Positions 49,801 through 62,740 of a DNA stretch of 64,000 nucleotides are shown here, one piece after another. Numbering within the stretch: position 1 is the first letter of the stretch; each line of letters starts with the position of its first letter. Source of the DNA: Trichodelitschia bisporula (taxonomy: Eukaryota); contig ML996690.1 of the NCBI GenBank assembly GCA_010356995.1, positions 1,024,217 through 1,088,216 of the forward strand. The letters run 5' to 3'. The translations under genes were made by a program, and so were the position numbers. The notes under the pieces are model-generated. The model saw nothing but the letters and a program-made list of their open reading frames with translations. It had not been told where the DNA came from and searched no databases.

Positions 49801-52800
49801 ATTGTGCAGTTAGCAAGCTCATGGAAGTGCCGAAGCTTGCCGCAGCTAAACCATCGGATGGGTTCTACAAGCAAGAAGCTTTCCGCTTTATCGAGGCGCA
49901 GGTGAAGCTTCACATTGGCTTGGACAGCCTTCCCGAGGACTTCGCGCAGCTCGTTCGGTTGCAGGCAACGGATTTGGCCTCTCATAAGCATGACATTGGT
50001 GAAGATTTGTTGGCTCAAGCGGAGCGCGAAAAGTCGTCCGTGAAGCGCGATACCCAGCAAGAGACGCTCAAGACGCTTCTAAAGGCGTGCCATTTTGCGA
50101 CATCCATCCCCGAGCTGAAGCCGAAGGCCACGGCCTTGCTGCAGAACGTATGCCGCCATTTCACAGTCTTGGAGGTCGGCCGCGCCCTTGCACAGTTGAA
50201 ACACCTGCGGAAACCCTTTGATGTCAAGTCTGGCGAAGGCCCACTTTTCATTGATAGCCGAGTTATAGCAGATGCTATCTCAGAGTCCCTTGCATCGGAC
50301 AATGCCACTGAGAGAGAGGCAGCCGAGGCATCCATTGTTGCCATCCGTGACGCTGCTGCTGTCATCTTCGGCTCCCAAGCCAGTGTCGACCGGTTTCCTT
50401 TCTTTATTCACCTGTACAAGACCTTCGCTCACAACTGCTACCAGGAGCAGTGGTACCTTAAAGCGGGTGGGACACTTGGGATCAAGATCGTCACTACGAA
50501 GCTCGCGCTGAGTGACACCTGGATGGTGGAGCGTCATTATGATCTTGTGCGGGCACTCGTTTACGTTCTCAAAGACATGCCGCTTGACATAACATCTCGG
50601 ACTCGACAACAGGCTCAAGACATTCTCGAAATATTGATTCGTCGTTGCACCAAGGCCTTTTCGAAGGAAGATCTGAAGAATCCGCAAACCCGACTGCAGC
50701 ATCTTTGCAAGTTCATGGTGCTCGAACTTGCGCACATGAACAAGTATGTCCGGGAAGCCGCTCAGAAGGTCTTTGCCATCATCGCCGAAGTGCTCGGCGT
50801 TGAGGTGCAAGAAGTCCTTTTCCCGGTCAAAGACATGCTCCTGACTCCAATCTTCAATAAGCCCTTGCGGGCCCTTCCATTCGGGATCCAAATCGGCTAT
50901 ATCGATGCCATCAATTTCTGCTTGAAGATGCCGAACAACCTTGTCCCCTTTGAGGAGCCCCTCACTCGTTTACTCATGGAGTCCCTGGCCCTCGCAGATG
51001 CAGAGGACGAAACACTAAGCGGCAAACCCACAGAGCATCGAAATGCCGAGTCGATTGTGAACCTGCGCGTTGGGTGCATCAGACTTCTCTCCACGGCTCA
51101 AAACTGCCCCGAGTTCCACAGCGCCTCCCCGAACCAGAGTCGACAGCGGATCATCGCCGTGTTCTTTAGATCACTATATTCCAAGTCACCAGATGTCGTT
51201 GAAGCAGCTTATGCTGGCCTCAAGGGCGTACTGGCCAACCAACAAAAGCTGCCCAAGGATCTCCTTCAGAGTGGCCTCCGTCCTATCCTCATGAACCTGC
51301 AGGACCACCGGAAGCTCACTGTGGAAGGTCTAGAAGGATTGGCGAGGCTATTGAAGTTGCTCACGAACTACTTCAAGGTTGAGATCGGTGCCAGACTGCT
51401 GGACCACATGAAACACATTGCGGATCCTCTCCTCCTTCAGCAAGTCTCCTTCACGCTTGTTGAACAGAGTAAACCGATGCGCGTCATCGCCGCCACTCTG
51501 AACATCTTCCACTTGCTCCCCCCAGCGGCGCACTCTTTTCTCAGCACACTGGTCCAGAAGGTCATCGAGATTGAAACGGGTCTTCGACGCACATACTTCA
51601 GTCCATTCAGGGAACCGCTTATCAAGTACCTGAACCAATATCCCAAGGAGGCCTGGGAGTACTTCCAACCGAAGATGCGCGACCATGCCTACGGCCGATT
51701 TTTTGCCCAGATTCTCGCAGATCCCGAGGCCGGGCCTCTGCGTAGCGCTGTCGCGAGTGATGTCCCCAAGTTTCTGGCTTCGTTTAACATTGAAGCCGAT
51801 GCGAGAGAGAAGTCACGCGCAGCGATTAACGCTATCCATGTCGCTTGTTCAATCTGCCAACATCAGCCGACGAGGAACTGGCTTGTTTTGCACGAGAACC
51901 TGCGAAAGGAGTTATTTGATCTCGCCAAAAGCGTTGAGACACAGCTGCGCAGCGGTACTCTGGATCCAATTTTGCGCCTTGCAGCGGAACAGGCCGGGGA
52001 TCAGGCCATCCAGATGCTCACAGTCTTTCTCGAGCAAGACCTCCAGAACTTTGACTTCTTTTTCGAAGTTGTCGAGGCTGTCACGGCTAAGAGTCTCAAA
52101 GCCTCTCCGACCCTTACGCAGTTCATCTACCGGTGCATGATATCCAGCGACTCCATTGATTACTGGAGGAGCCTAGTCATCAAATGTATCGACTACTACG
52201 CCTCCCGAGCCACCCCCCAGAAGGCCAAGACATACCTTTTTCACTTTGTTGTGAATCCTATCCTTGCTATGGACGTCCAGCGGAACTGGGCGAACCTCTT
52301 TGGTCCCGTTAAAGGAACGAAGCTGGTTGACAAAGCTATGATAGATGTGGTCCTGAACAAGTTATGGAAGCCGTTGTCAGTGGCCGATATTTCCGAAGAG
52401 ACCGGGCAGCTCGGAGTTGATCACGCCCGCATGGAACTACTCCAACTGACTGCACTCTTGCTCAAGTACCATGCAAATCTTGTCCAGGATACGCGGAAGG
52501 AGATCATCAAGTTTAGCTGGAACTGGATACGGCTGGAAGATGTCATCAACAAGTATGCTGCGTACGTTGTCATCGCTTACTTCATCGCGCACTATGACAC
52601 ACCAGCAAAAATTGCGATATCAGTCTATCAGACCCTCCTCAAAGCTCATCAGAACGAAGGTCGGGCTCTTGTATCCCAGTCGCTGGAGCTGATGGCGGAT
52701 GTACTCAAGAAGCGGATTGGTGGACTTGACCAGCAGCGCCTGCCGCTGTGGGCGCGACTCCCAAAACGCATTCTTGCCGAAGATTCCCAGAACCTACAGC

Positions 52801-55800
52801 AACTCATGTGTATCTTCAACTTTTTCGTCCGGCATCCTGACCTGTTCTACGAGGCTCGGGAGCACCTCGCACCTGCCATTATACCTTCGCTGCAGAAGGT
52901 TGCTGCGCTGCCAATGCTTTCAAACGACAGCAAGAAGATGGCAATTAACCTTATCGATTTGATTTGGAAGTGGGAAAAGAGGGCACATGAAGAGTTCATA
53001 GCCTCCCCTTCGAACTCGCCATCGAGTATGAAGCGAAAAGCTGATGGAACACCTGTTCAAGCAGTTGCCGCTACGAAACCACACACGTTCGTGGCCAGCT
53101 CAGCTTTGCGTTGGGTCCTTATCAAGTACCTGGTTCAGTTCATTGCCTCTTTGACGGAACGTTTTCCAGTGCCCTCCAAGGGCGCCCGCGAGCCACAGGG
53201 CCTTTCGCGCGCCTTGCCACCGCAACCTACAGAGACTTGCCACAGGGCTGTTCGCCTTCTCTGCAACCTGCTGCAGCCCGCTTACTGGAGCGACCTGGAC
53301 GTCCTTCCGGTTTTTCCCAAAGTTATTGAGCAAGTTTTGATGTCGGACGCAGCTGCAGATGAGAAGTACGAGACCTGGCTGACTAGAATGGTCAACACTC
53401 TTCAAATTCTCAAAGTCTTTGTAAATGTTAAGCCGAATAGCTGGGTCATGGCTCAACTTCCCCGCCTTCAGACAATTCTGGAGAAGTCCATGCGGCTGGA
53501 CAATAGCCAGATTCAGGATTGTCTCCATGGCTCAGAGCCTAACAGCGATATGGTTACTCTCTTCAAGCGTCTACTGGACGCTCTTCCTGAGCGTGCCACT
53601 GGTGAGGATGAGGCCATGGAGGATGACCCGGCAGCGGAATTCCTGGGGTTCTGCAGCAGTATAGCCACCGAGGCTTTATCGAGCGGGAATCTCATATCGG
53701 CAATCAATTTGCTATGGTCCGTCAGCAACCGTAGAGCTACGGAAATCGACCAGCACGTTCCGGGGCTGATCAAGGCCTTCAACGGTAAGCTCGCTAAAGA
53801 CCATCTCTCACTTGCAGCTTCTACCCAGCAAACGCCAGTGCCATATAGGGCCCAGCCCGGCGACACGAGTGCGCGGCCTGGAGAAGCCCCACCTCCAGCT
53901 CAACCGGATACGTACGATCCTGAGATTCAGACGGCCCTGATTCTGAAGGTGATCGATGTCCTGGCGGCACGCATCGACATCCTGGGTGACCAACGGCGAC
54001 CCTTTCTCTCGGCCCTTGCGACTCTCGTTGAACGCTCCCAGAGCAAGGAAGTCTGCATGAAAATACTCGATCTCGCAGAGTTCTGGATTTTCAATAGCGA
54101 GGGCATTCCTACACTGAAAGAGAAGGTCGCTGTTCTCACCAAGATGTACTCCTTCGAGAGCCGGTCAGACCCTTCCTTGCTTACCAAGTTTCTCAAACTC
54201 GTTTTGAAGGTCTATGAAGACCAGAAAGTCACGAGAACTGAGTTGACCGTTCGCTTGGAGCATGCTTTTCTCCTGGGCACTAGAGCTCAAGATGTTGAGA
54301 TGCGCAACCAGTTTCTTACTCTTCTCGACAAGCACATAAGCCGATCACCATGTGCCCGCTTAGACTACCTTTTGTGCGAACATGATTGGGCTCCCCTTGG
54401 CGATACGTTCTGGCTGTCGCAAGTCATCCAACTACTGATCGGCTCCATCGACATGAACACCTCCATACAGCTGCACCCCGAAGACTTCCGAACCATCCCG
54501 GCTCCCATGCTGCTCAACACCTACAGCAAGGATTCCCGCGTGGCCGATGTCATCATTGATGATCGCCTGGAGACCTTCATGGACGAGCACAAGGACTTTT
54601 GCAAGCAACTCACGGATGTTAGGCTCAAGGATATCATGGAACCGCTTGCACAGCTTCAGCATACGGACCGCACTCTCGCGCAACAGATATGGGTTTCACT
54701 CTTCCCCATATTCTGGGCAGCCCTTCCAAAGGATGAACGGAGCGACTTTGAGCAGAGCTTTACTGCTTTGCTAACCAAGGATTTCCATTCTCGTCAGATC
54801 GATCAGCGGCCAAACTGCGTCCAGGCGCTCCTTGAAGGGGCTGTACGCGCTAGCCCGCGGATGAAAATCCCGCCTCACGTCATGAAATTTCTGGCCAAGA
54901 CGTACAACGCCTGGTATGTTGCTTGCTACTACCTGGAAGAGGCTGCTATCCAACCGCTTCTCGACACTCCAACTGCCATGGAGAGCTCAAGTGATGCTCT
55001 CATTGAGCTGTACGCCACCCTAGATGAATATGACCTTTTCTACGGCACATGGCGGAGACGCTGCAACTACGTGGAGACCAATGCAGCGCTCTCCTACGAG
55101 CAGATCGGCATGTGGGATAAGGCCCAGCAGTTGTATGAGACAGCTCAAATCAAGGCGAGAACCGGAGTTTTGCCTTTCTCACAGGGCGAGTACATGCTCT
55201 GGGAGGATCACTGGGTCGTCTGTGCCCAGAAACTCCAGCAATGGGAAATTCTGCAGGACTTTGCGAAGCACGAAAATTTCAACGACCTCTACCTGGAGTC
55301 CACCTGGCGAAACTTTGACGCTTGGCAGAATGCGGAGACACGGGAGCAGCTTGATTCAATGATCAAGTCGGTGTCAGACGCCCCAACTCCTCGGCGACTA
55401 TTCTTTCAGGCCTTCATGTCTCTTCTTAAGGTTCATTCCAAAACCGAGACGCCTCAAGACTTCAGCAAGATCTGCGACGAAGCGATTCAGAATACGATCC
55501 GCAAGTGGAATCAGATGCCGAAACGCATCACCAACGCTCATGTACCTCTGCTTCAATCTTTCCAGCACCTTGTTGAGCTATACGACGCCCTCACCATCTC
55601 GACGAGCTTACACAGCACTAATCAAGGCAATCTCGACCAAAAGTCTCAGGATCTCAAGATGCATCTAGGGACGTGGCGAGACCGCTTGCCGAACTTTTGG
55701 GATGACATCAATGCATGGCAAGATCTCGTTACCTGGCGGCAGCACATCTTCAACCTGATCAACAGCGTGTACCTCAACCTCATCCCGCCGAACCAGCCGA

Positions 55801-58460
55801 ACAACACGTCGAACAATTCGTATGCCTACCGGGGCTATCACGAAACGGCATGGATCATCAATCGATTCGCGCACGTGGCGCGGCAGCATAATCTTCCAGA
55901 TGTCTGCATTGCCCAACTCAGTCGGATATACACCCTGCCGAATATTGAGATTCAAGAGGCATTTCTGAAGTTGCGAGAGCAAGCCAAATGCCACTACCAG
56001 AACAAGGCCGAGCTCAGCAGTGGCCTCGATGTCATCAACAACACAAACCTCAACTACTTCGGCGCTGGCCAAAAGGCCGAATTTTACACGCTCAAAGGGA
56101 TGTTCCTGAACAAGCTGGGCCATAAAAGCGAAGCCAACGATGCATTCGGCAGTGCGCTCTACTTTGACATCAAGCTGGGCAAGGCATGGGCAGAGTGGGG
56201 ACACTACAACGATCAGCTGTTCAAGGAGGACCCCAAGAGTTTAGAGAAGGCTTCGTCGGCAATCAGTTGCTATCTCGAGGCTTCGAGCCTGTACAAGAAT
56301 CACAAGTCGAGAAAGCTACTCGGTCGGATTCTGTGGCTGCTGAGTCTTGACGATGCGGAACACACACTTGCTCACACCTTTGACCAGTTTAAGGGTGACA
56401 CACCTGTGTGGTACTGGATAACCTACATTCCACAACTGCTTCTGGACCTTTCTCGTCCGGAGGCTCCGATTGCTAGGCAGATCCTGCTCAAGCTCGCCAA
56501 GGCATATCCCCAGGCGCTCTTCTTTCAAATGCGCACAACCCGGGAGGACATGCACACCATTCGAAGACAGCAGGAAACTAAAGAAGCGCGTGAGAAGGCG
56601 CTCAGGGAGCAGCAAGCGCGTGGAAAGGCTGGCCAGGGGACGCCAAAACAGGGTGTACAACCATCCCCGAAGCAACAATCTCCGGCATCGAGGCCTCAAA
56701 CGGCAAATGGCATGACCCCGTCGGGAGGAGTGGACGGGTCTGGCACTCCTAACAACGCTGTTGGGTCGAGCACGCCAAAGGTGGACGGCGCTGACCAGAC
56801 ACCAAATGCCGCTGGGACGATAACGCCCAGGAAGCCGTGGGAGTACATGGACGAAATCATGGCGGCTTTGAAGACAGCTTTCCCTTTGCTTGCCTGGTCA
56901 ATGGAAGCCATGGTTGATCAGATCGGAAAGCACTTCAAATGCCAACCCGATGAAGATGCGCATCGGTTGATTGTGGCGTTGCTCAACGATGGCCTATCAT
57001 ATGTTGGGCGCCAGCCTGGTCTCTACGCGCAGGATGTCAAGCTCCCACAGTCTACAGAAGCCAACATCACGCGTTTTGCAGAGTCTGTGTGTCCACCTCA
57101 CATCCGGCGCGCCTTCGAAGCAGACTTTGTCAGGATCAAGCCTACCATGCACGAGTACATTCAGAAGCTGCGCAAGTGGCGTAATCGCTTCGAGGAACGC
57201 CTCGATCGCCGGGCTTCGCCACTACCACTTGAACACCTGAGCCCTCATCTCAGCGAATTCCGCTTCCAGAAGTTTGACGAGGTTGAAGTGCCGGGCCAGT
57301 ATCTCAAACATCGCGACAAGAACCAAGATTTCATCCGCGTTGATCGCTTCTTGCCAGACGTTGACCTCGTTCGTGGTACGCAGGTTTGCCACCGCCGCCT
57401 CAAGATCCGGGGACATGATGGGAGCATCCATTCTTTCTCTATCCAAAGTCCAGCTGGGCGATACTGCCGGCGCGAAGAGCGCATTCTACAGTTGTTCCGG
57501 ATATTCAATGAAGTCCTCCTCAAGCGGAAGGAGTCTAGGCGGCGAAATCTCCAGTTTAACCTGCCTCTCATGGTCCCGCTGTCTCCAGGAGTCCGGATGG
57601 TGGAGGATGATCCGTCGTACACTAGCTTGCAGAGCGTGTTCGAGGACTACTGTCGGAAGAACGGCATGAGCAAGGACAACCCCATCCTCCACACCATCGA
57701 TAAGCTTCGGGCCCTCAATCCGGTATGCCTTCCTCTGTATGGTGATGATTTGTCTACGACTAACTCTTTGCAGAAAAACCTCGATCACGCCAATGCCATC
57801 CGCCTGGAGACGTTCGTCGCAATTACCGAAACTATGGTTCCACAGACCATTGCTCTCGAGTATTTCAAGTCCACGTTCCAATCGTACGACGATTTCTGGC
57901 TTTTCCGACGAGCCTTCTCTTATCAGTTCGCCTCACTAACCTTCATGACCTACGTCATGTTCATGACGACTCGCTATCCGCACAAGCTCAATATCGCCCG
58001 CGGGTCAGGTCGCGTATGGGGTTCGGAACTCGTCCCATCCATGGGCGCCCAGCGTCCGGCGTTCAACAACCCAGAACTGGTACCTTTCCGCCTTACACCC
58101 AACCTACAAGTCCTCATGGGTCCGCTAGCGCTCGAGGGAATCTTTGCGCCAGCGTTGATGGTGATTGCACGTTGCCTGACGGAACGCGAAGGCGAACTCG
58201 AGATGCAGTTATCGGTGTTTGTGCGTGATGAAGTCAGTTTCTGGTTCACGCAGCAGCACAAGCAATCAGCAGGTGATGGAGCGTTGCGTGAGGCTGTTCA
58301 AGCTAATAGCGATTCTGTCGTTCGGCGTGCACGGAGCCTGGCGCAGCCGCCCGAAGGGAGCAATTTGCCGGCAAACCAGACGGTGGTAGATCTGGTGGCG
58401 AGTGCGGCAAATCCGAAGGTGTTGAGTCAAACCGATCCGCTCTGGATGGCGTACTTGTAG
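46869..58460 (+). CDS. TRA1: SAGA/NuA4 subunit Tra1 (TRRAP; PIKK pseudokinase)
   Basis: Exons 46869-46929, 46985-47142, 47199-57722, 57774-58460, about 3,800 aa. Motifs SFKVLSECPIIVV, RILGKLGGRNR, the FAT-domain IYTLPNIEIQEAFLKLREQAKC, VPFRLTPN and a FATC end DPLWMAYL. Confidence 0.97.
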
Positions 58461-58843
58461 TTTCCTTGTCTGGATGGGGATATGCGCTGCATCGCGGTGG
58501 GTTTCATGGGGTTGTATGGGAGCATTGAGGAGACATGGTAGGTTCGCCTATGGCGTTGTGTACATTCTGAACGGATTGCTCAGTGATGAGAGGGTCGCAA
58601 TGGCGTTCGGATATAAAGGGCATGTAATCGTAGTGATACCTCCTGTCTGTTCAATCGTATTTGATTTTGACATAACCTGTCAGTAAGCTATTATGTCAAG
58701 AGTGAAATCACTATCTGCCCTACAGAAAGGCCTCTAGACTTTCAATAGTTGAGTACCGAGGCCACTCCTACTAACACATGGTCTTTGCCAGCGACTAAAC
58801 AAGCACAAACGCTATCATGGCCATGTCCCTTGGGAGGCATGGC

Positions 58844-59683
58844 TTAGCGCCTCGGACATTGGGATTTCTGATGACCCGTTTGGCCGCAGTTGAAGCACTT
58901 GTTTTGGGACTTCCCACGCTTCGGAGCAACGCTAGCTCCTCCACCAGATATTGAGGTAAGCTGGCTGAGCTTTACTTCTTTATATCGGCGGTTCTCGGTG
59001 GGGCGACCTGAGTCGGTGCTCAGGGTGCGCTTCCTCGCTTTGCTGTCAGCTCGCCGCTGCGCGTCGGCTTCTTTGCGGGATTCACGAATTAGCTGCGCTG
59101 TGGGGTCATCTTCATCTTCGTCATCAGACGCAGAAGAATCACTGCCTGACTCAGATTCGGAGTCCTCGGATTTGGATACAACATGCTTCTTCGGCTTCTG
59201 GAAATTGTAAGCAGGATGCGCGCAAACCACATTCTGACACCTACCTTGCCAAACGTCTGTCTCCCTATGGCGGTCTGCTCATCGTTGTCACCGTCGCCGC
59301 TATCGTCTAGACCCGCAGCATCGATGTCCGCAAACCCGGTACGCACGATGTGCGCCAGAGGCGCCGCAGGGCTCGGGTCCCGCACCGTAAGAACCCACTT
59401 TGTCTCACCAGCATCTGCGGCCTGGCGCTCAATGGCCTGAGTGCGCTTCAGCTCTTCGGCTTGGACGGCAGCTTGGACGAGCTCGATGTCGGAGGGTGTT
59501 ACGGGAGCGGCGGCACCGGAAGAGAGGCGAACGCGCTTGGAAGGGAGGGTGTCGGGACTGGACGGAGAGGCTTGGGCTGCGGCTCGTTGCATGAACTGTG
59601 CATGTTAGTCTGGATCATGCGCGTGGGGTGAAGCAAACCTTCATCGTCAACACGCGCGACGACAGCTGTCTAGGCGTCGCCAT
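58844..59683 (-). CDS. MPP6-like nuclear exosome cofactor candidate with a C-terminal CCHC zinc knuckle
   Basis: Exons 59683-59639, 59595-59245, 59197-58844. N-terminal LSRVLTMKFMQR and internal GRQTFG resemble MPP6 motifs; also an acidic tract, LTSISGG and CFNCGQTGHQKSQC. Confidence 0.7.
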
Positions 59684-60186
59684 GGTAGCGGAAGATGAAG
59701 CGATGAGATATTTGTATTGATGTGAGCGCTTTGCGGTACTTCGGAGGTTGCAGACTTCGTGATCAAAGTGCGATACGAGATACAGACGAAGCGTTTAAGA
59801 AAAATGCGATCGCGATGTAACCGGTAAACTGAAGTCGGTCGAGAAGTGAAAGCGAGCAACCCTTGTTTCGGCGCCACAACGTCGACTTCGGCGTACTATT
59901 TGCTCGCGATAGGTGTGGAGTACCCTGCAGGAAGGAAACTTGCTTTATAAGACTTCACGTATTCCACAAGCCTGGGTTTCCAGACCTTTGAGGGGTGTTA
60001 CGCCAATTTGATTCAATTCTCAGAGTGAGCATCCAGAAGATTTCCAAATTGTCGCACAGCTGCTGGATTGACGGGGCCAATCCGGGGCAAGCCACCAGAG
60101 GTCTTGGCATTCAAGAGCTTCGAACCGGCCCAACCTCACTTTCGACCTCCACCATTGCTGCCGCCATCACGAAGACAGTCAACACA

Positions 60187-60918
60187 ATGATCAACCCTCT
60201 GCGTGCCCGGAGCACGCTCCTGCTCCGGCGCGCCGCTAGGCGTACTTACAGCACCAGCTCGTACCCGATGGGCGAAATCCCCGCGAACGACCCGAAGCCC
60301 CGCCAGAAGGTGCAGAACGTCTCCGAGACGGACGCCACACCTACCTCCTCTGGACTCAACACAGATGGGGCTCTGGTGGAGTCGGTTGAGGATGCTGAGA
60401 AGCGGAGGGTTATGCAGGCGCCGAATCGCAAGGGCATCTGGACTCGCAGCCAGCAGCCGCGCGAGGCGGCCATGGTGGGCCCGCGCTTCGAGCAAACCAT
60501 CATTGAGGACCAGGTGCGCTTGCCGAACGACAGAGACACTTGGAACATGTACTGATAATACACGCACAGCCTCGTCCGTATGCTGCCATCGAGCTCATAC
60601 ATAAGCAGCCAGTGCGGTGGACGAAGGACAAGGTGGTGTCTTGCGATGGTGGCGGTGGGCCATTGGGGCACCCTCGGATCTTCATTAACACCGACAAGCC
60701 CAAGATTTGCTGGTGCACATACTGCGGCCTTCCATTCGTAGGTCTTGATCTGGGTTGCTGAGATGGTATCAGAGTTAACCGCATCCTAGGCCAATGAGCA
60801 TCATCGCAAGCATCTGGAGTCTCTGCCATCCACTTCCTATCCTCTCACCGCGTCCGAGGATCCTGCAGTTGTTGTCGAGAGCCAGCGGGTAACGGATGAG
60901 CCCTTTGGACAGCGGTAA
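60187..60918 (+). CDS. Mitochondrial complex I zinc-binding subunit (NDUFS6/NUMM, zf-CHCC)
   Basis: Exons 60187-60513, 60570-60737, 60790-60918. Arg-rich presequence, QAPNR..W..SQ.PR..AM.GPRFEQT and SCDGGGGPLGHPRIFIN..CTYCG. Confidence 0.93.
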
Positions 60919-61389
60919 TTGGGGTTACCTCGGTCGTTGTAGCCTCCTTGTACATAAGAATGCGAGGACGTGGAATTCCAAATCGAGATCGAGTAGTTCA
61001 GCTCATGGCGTGCATCCTTGATTCTCCTATCAGGCGATACTGTTGCTAGGCTTGCTCGGAGAGAGCCCTACACACCCGACAGCGCATAGCCCTGGCTTCC
61101 GGATATCCATTGCCATTATGCGGTGGCGTGTAGCCAAAATCTCTGACTTTGTTCAGTCGCGGTATGCACTCCGCCGGCCAGCGTCTGCTGAGACCTTCCC
61201 CATCCTTTGACATATCTCAGAGGCACAGGTGCGGGGACAAACAAGGCGGAACGACTGTCCAGACCCAGCCCCGTTGAGTGATCAACGAGCTCAGCAAGCA
61301 CTCAGGACATATAACCAGTACGTCACCCCTCCTCCCTATATCTCCTATCCATCCCACCCAGGCCAAAGCCGAACACACCCCGCATCAAA

Positions 61390-62059
61390 ATGCCTCCCTC
61401 ACCACTAAAAGACCTCTTGACCACTGCCTTCACCACCTTGGACGGCCACCTAACCCACTTGACTTCTACCCAAACAACCATCCTCCACACCCTTTCGCGC
61501 CTCGAGACCCATCTTCTAACCTCAAATCCCCACTCACACGCCCTGCCCTCCAGCTCCGACTCCTCTCCCTCCGCCGCCTCCGAAAAAATCCTCCAAATCC
61601 CCGGTCCACCCCAACCGTCCCTACACCCAGACTTGGCTTCCTCCCTTCACTGCCGAATCCGACGACGCTTCCGACGGCACATCCTCCTCCGTCGGGGCCA
61701 CGGCCTGTAGCTCCAAGCGCCCGCTCGAGAACGGTGGTACAGGCGCCGGCGCGCGGATCAAGCGCGAGAAACGGGATGAAGGTGTGAAGCTGGTGACTGA
61801 GAGTGAGAGCACGGAGAGCAAGATGAGTATGGATAAGGCCGATGAAGAAAGTGAGGACGAGAGCGAAGGTGGAGAGGTCGAGTGGCGGATTCCGCATTAT
61901 GGGGTCGTCGGGGGGCGCGAGGAATACGTGGTATGTGGGGCTGAGGGATGCGTGATTGAGGGAAGTGGGCTTTTGGGTTTGAATAAGGTAAAGAGTCCAG
62001 AGGAACCTAGCATGAAGACGGTGGTGGAGACTTTGGATAAGGAGAAGAAGGAGGTTTGA
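61390..62059 (+). pseudogene. Orphan low-complexity gene apparently split by a frameshift (pseudogene, sequencing error or recoding)
   Basis: The ATG frame runs 61390-61710. A +1 frame is open 61520-62059 without its own early ATG, and no GT donor lies between 61390 and 61560. Confidence 0.4.
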
Positions 62060-62740
62060 GGTACTGCTTTGGCGCAAGGTATCCGTGAATCTAAATTAGA
62101 GATGAAGGCAACACAGGGAGTAGAGGTTTTCCTACCAAGTTACCCAACAGTAGCACTGAAGGTGCCATCACGGTTGATATTCAAAATTTCGGATCAAGGC
62201 TTCAAGGTATGCCTTCACCGTGGGATAACCAAGCCATGAGGTCATATGTTTGATGGATTCCACGTCACCCACACATCACAGTCTGTAACCCTTGAAGCAT
62301 TTTATTGGAGATCGCAAAGACTGCATTCAGTTAAATATCGAGTACAAAGCACGTCCAGTCATTCCGAGCTGTACCTCTCACCAGGCCGCCACAAGCACCG
62401 AACTGTCTCGTACCCTGCATTGTCACACTATTTTTCCCGAGCTACCATCTTGCAGAAGATTGAAATCCGGCAGATGTCGAAAGTTTCTTTGAAAAGATGT
62501 CTGAAACATGACTGGGCCAGCCATTGAGCGCAGATCCGTCATAGCTGGCCCATCATCTGAAGAGTACCCACAAACGCCACAGCACCATGGAATTCGGATA
62601 TTGTCAACAGACGCCAACTTTATCCTGATCCCAGAGTAGAAATGAATCTTGATCATGCAGCATACGTAATGCTCGTGGCACAGTCAGTCCCAGTTGAACA
62701 CGGACGGGGGAGGCACGTACCTTGGCCGATGGAGAGGAAG

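Noticed and set aside
47406..58261. Numerous 60-200 aa antisense and alternate-frame ORFs within TRA1
   Set aside because: They are shadow ORFs of a long GC-rich coding sequence.
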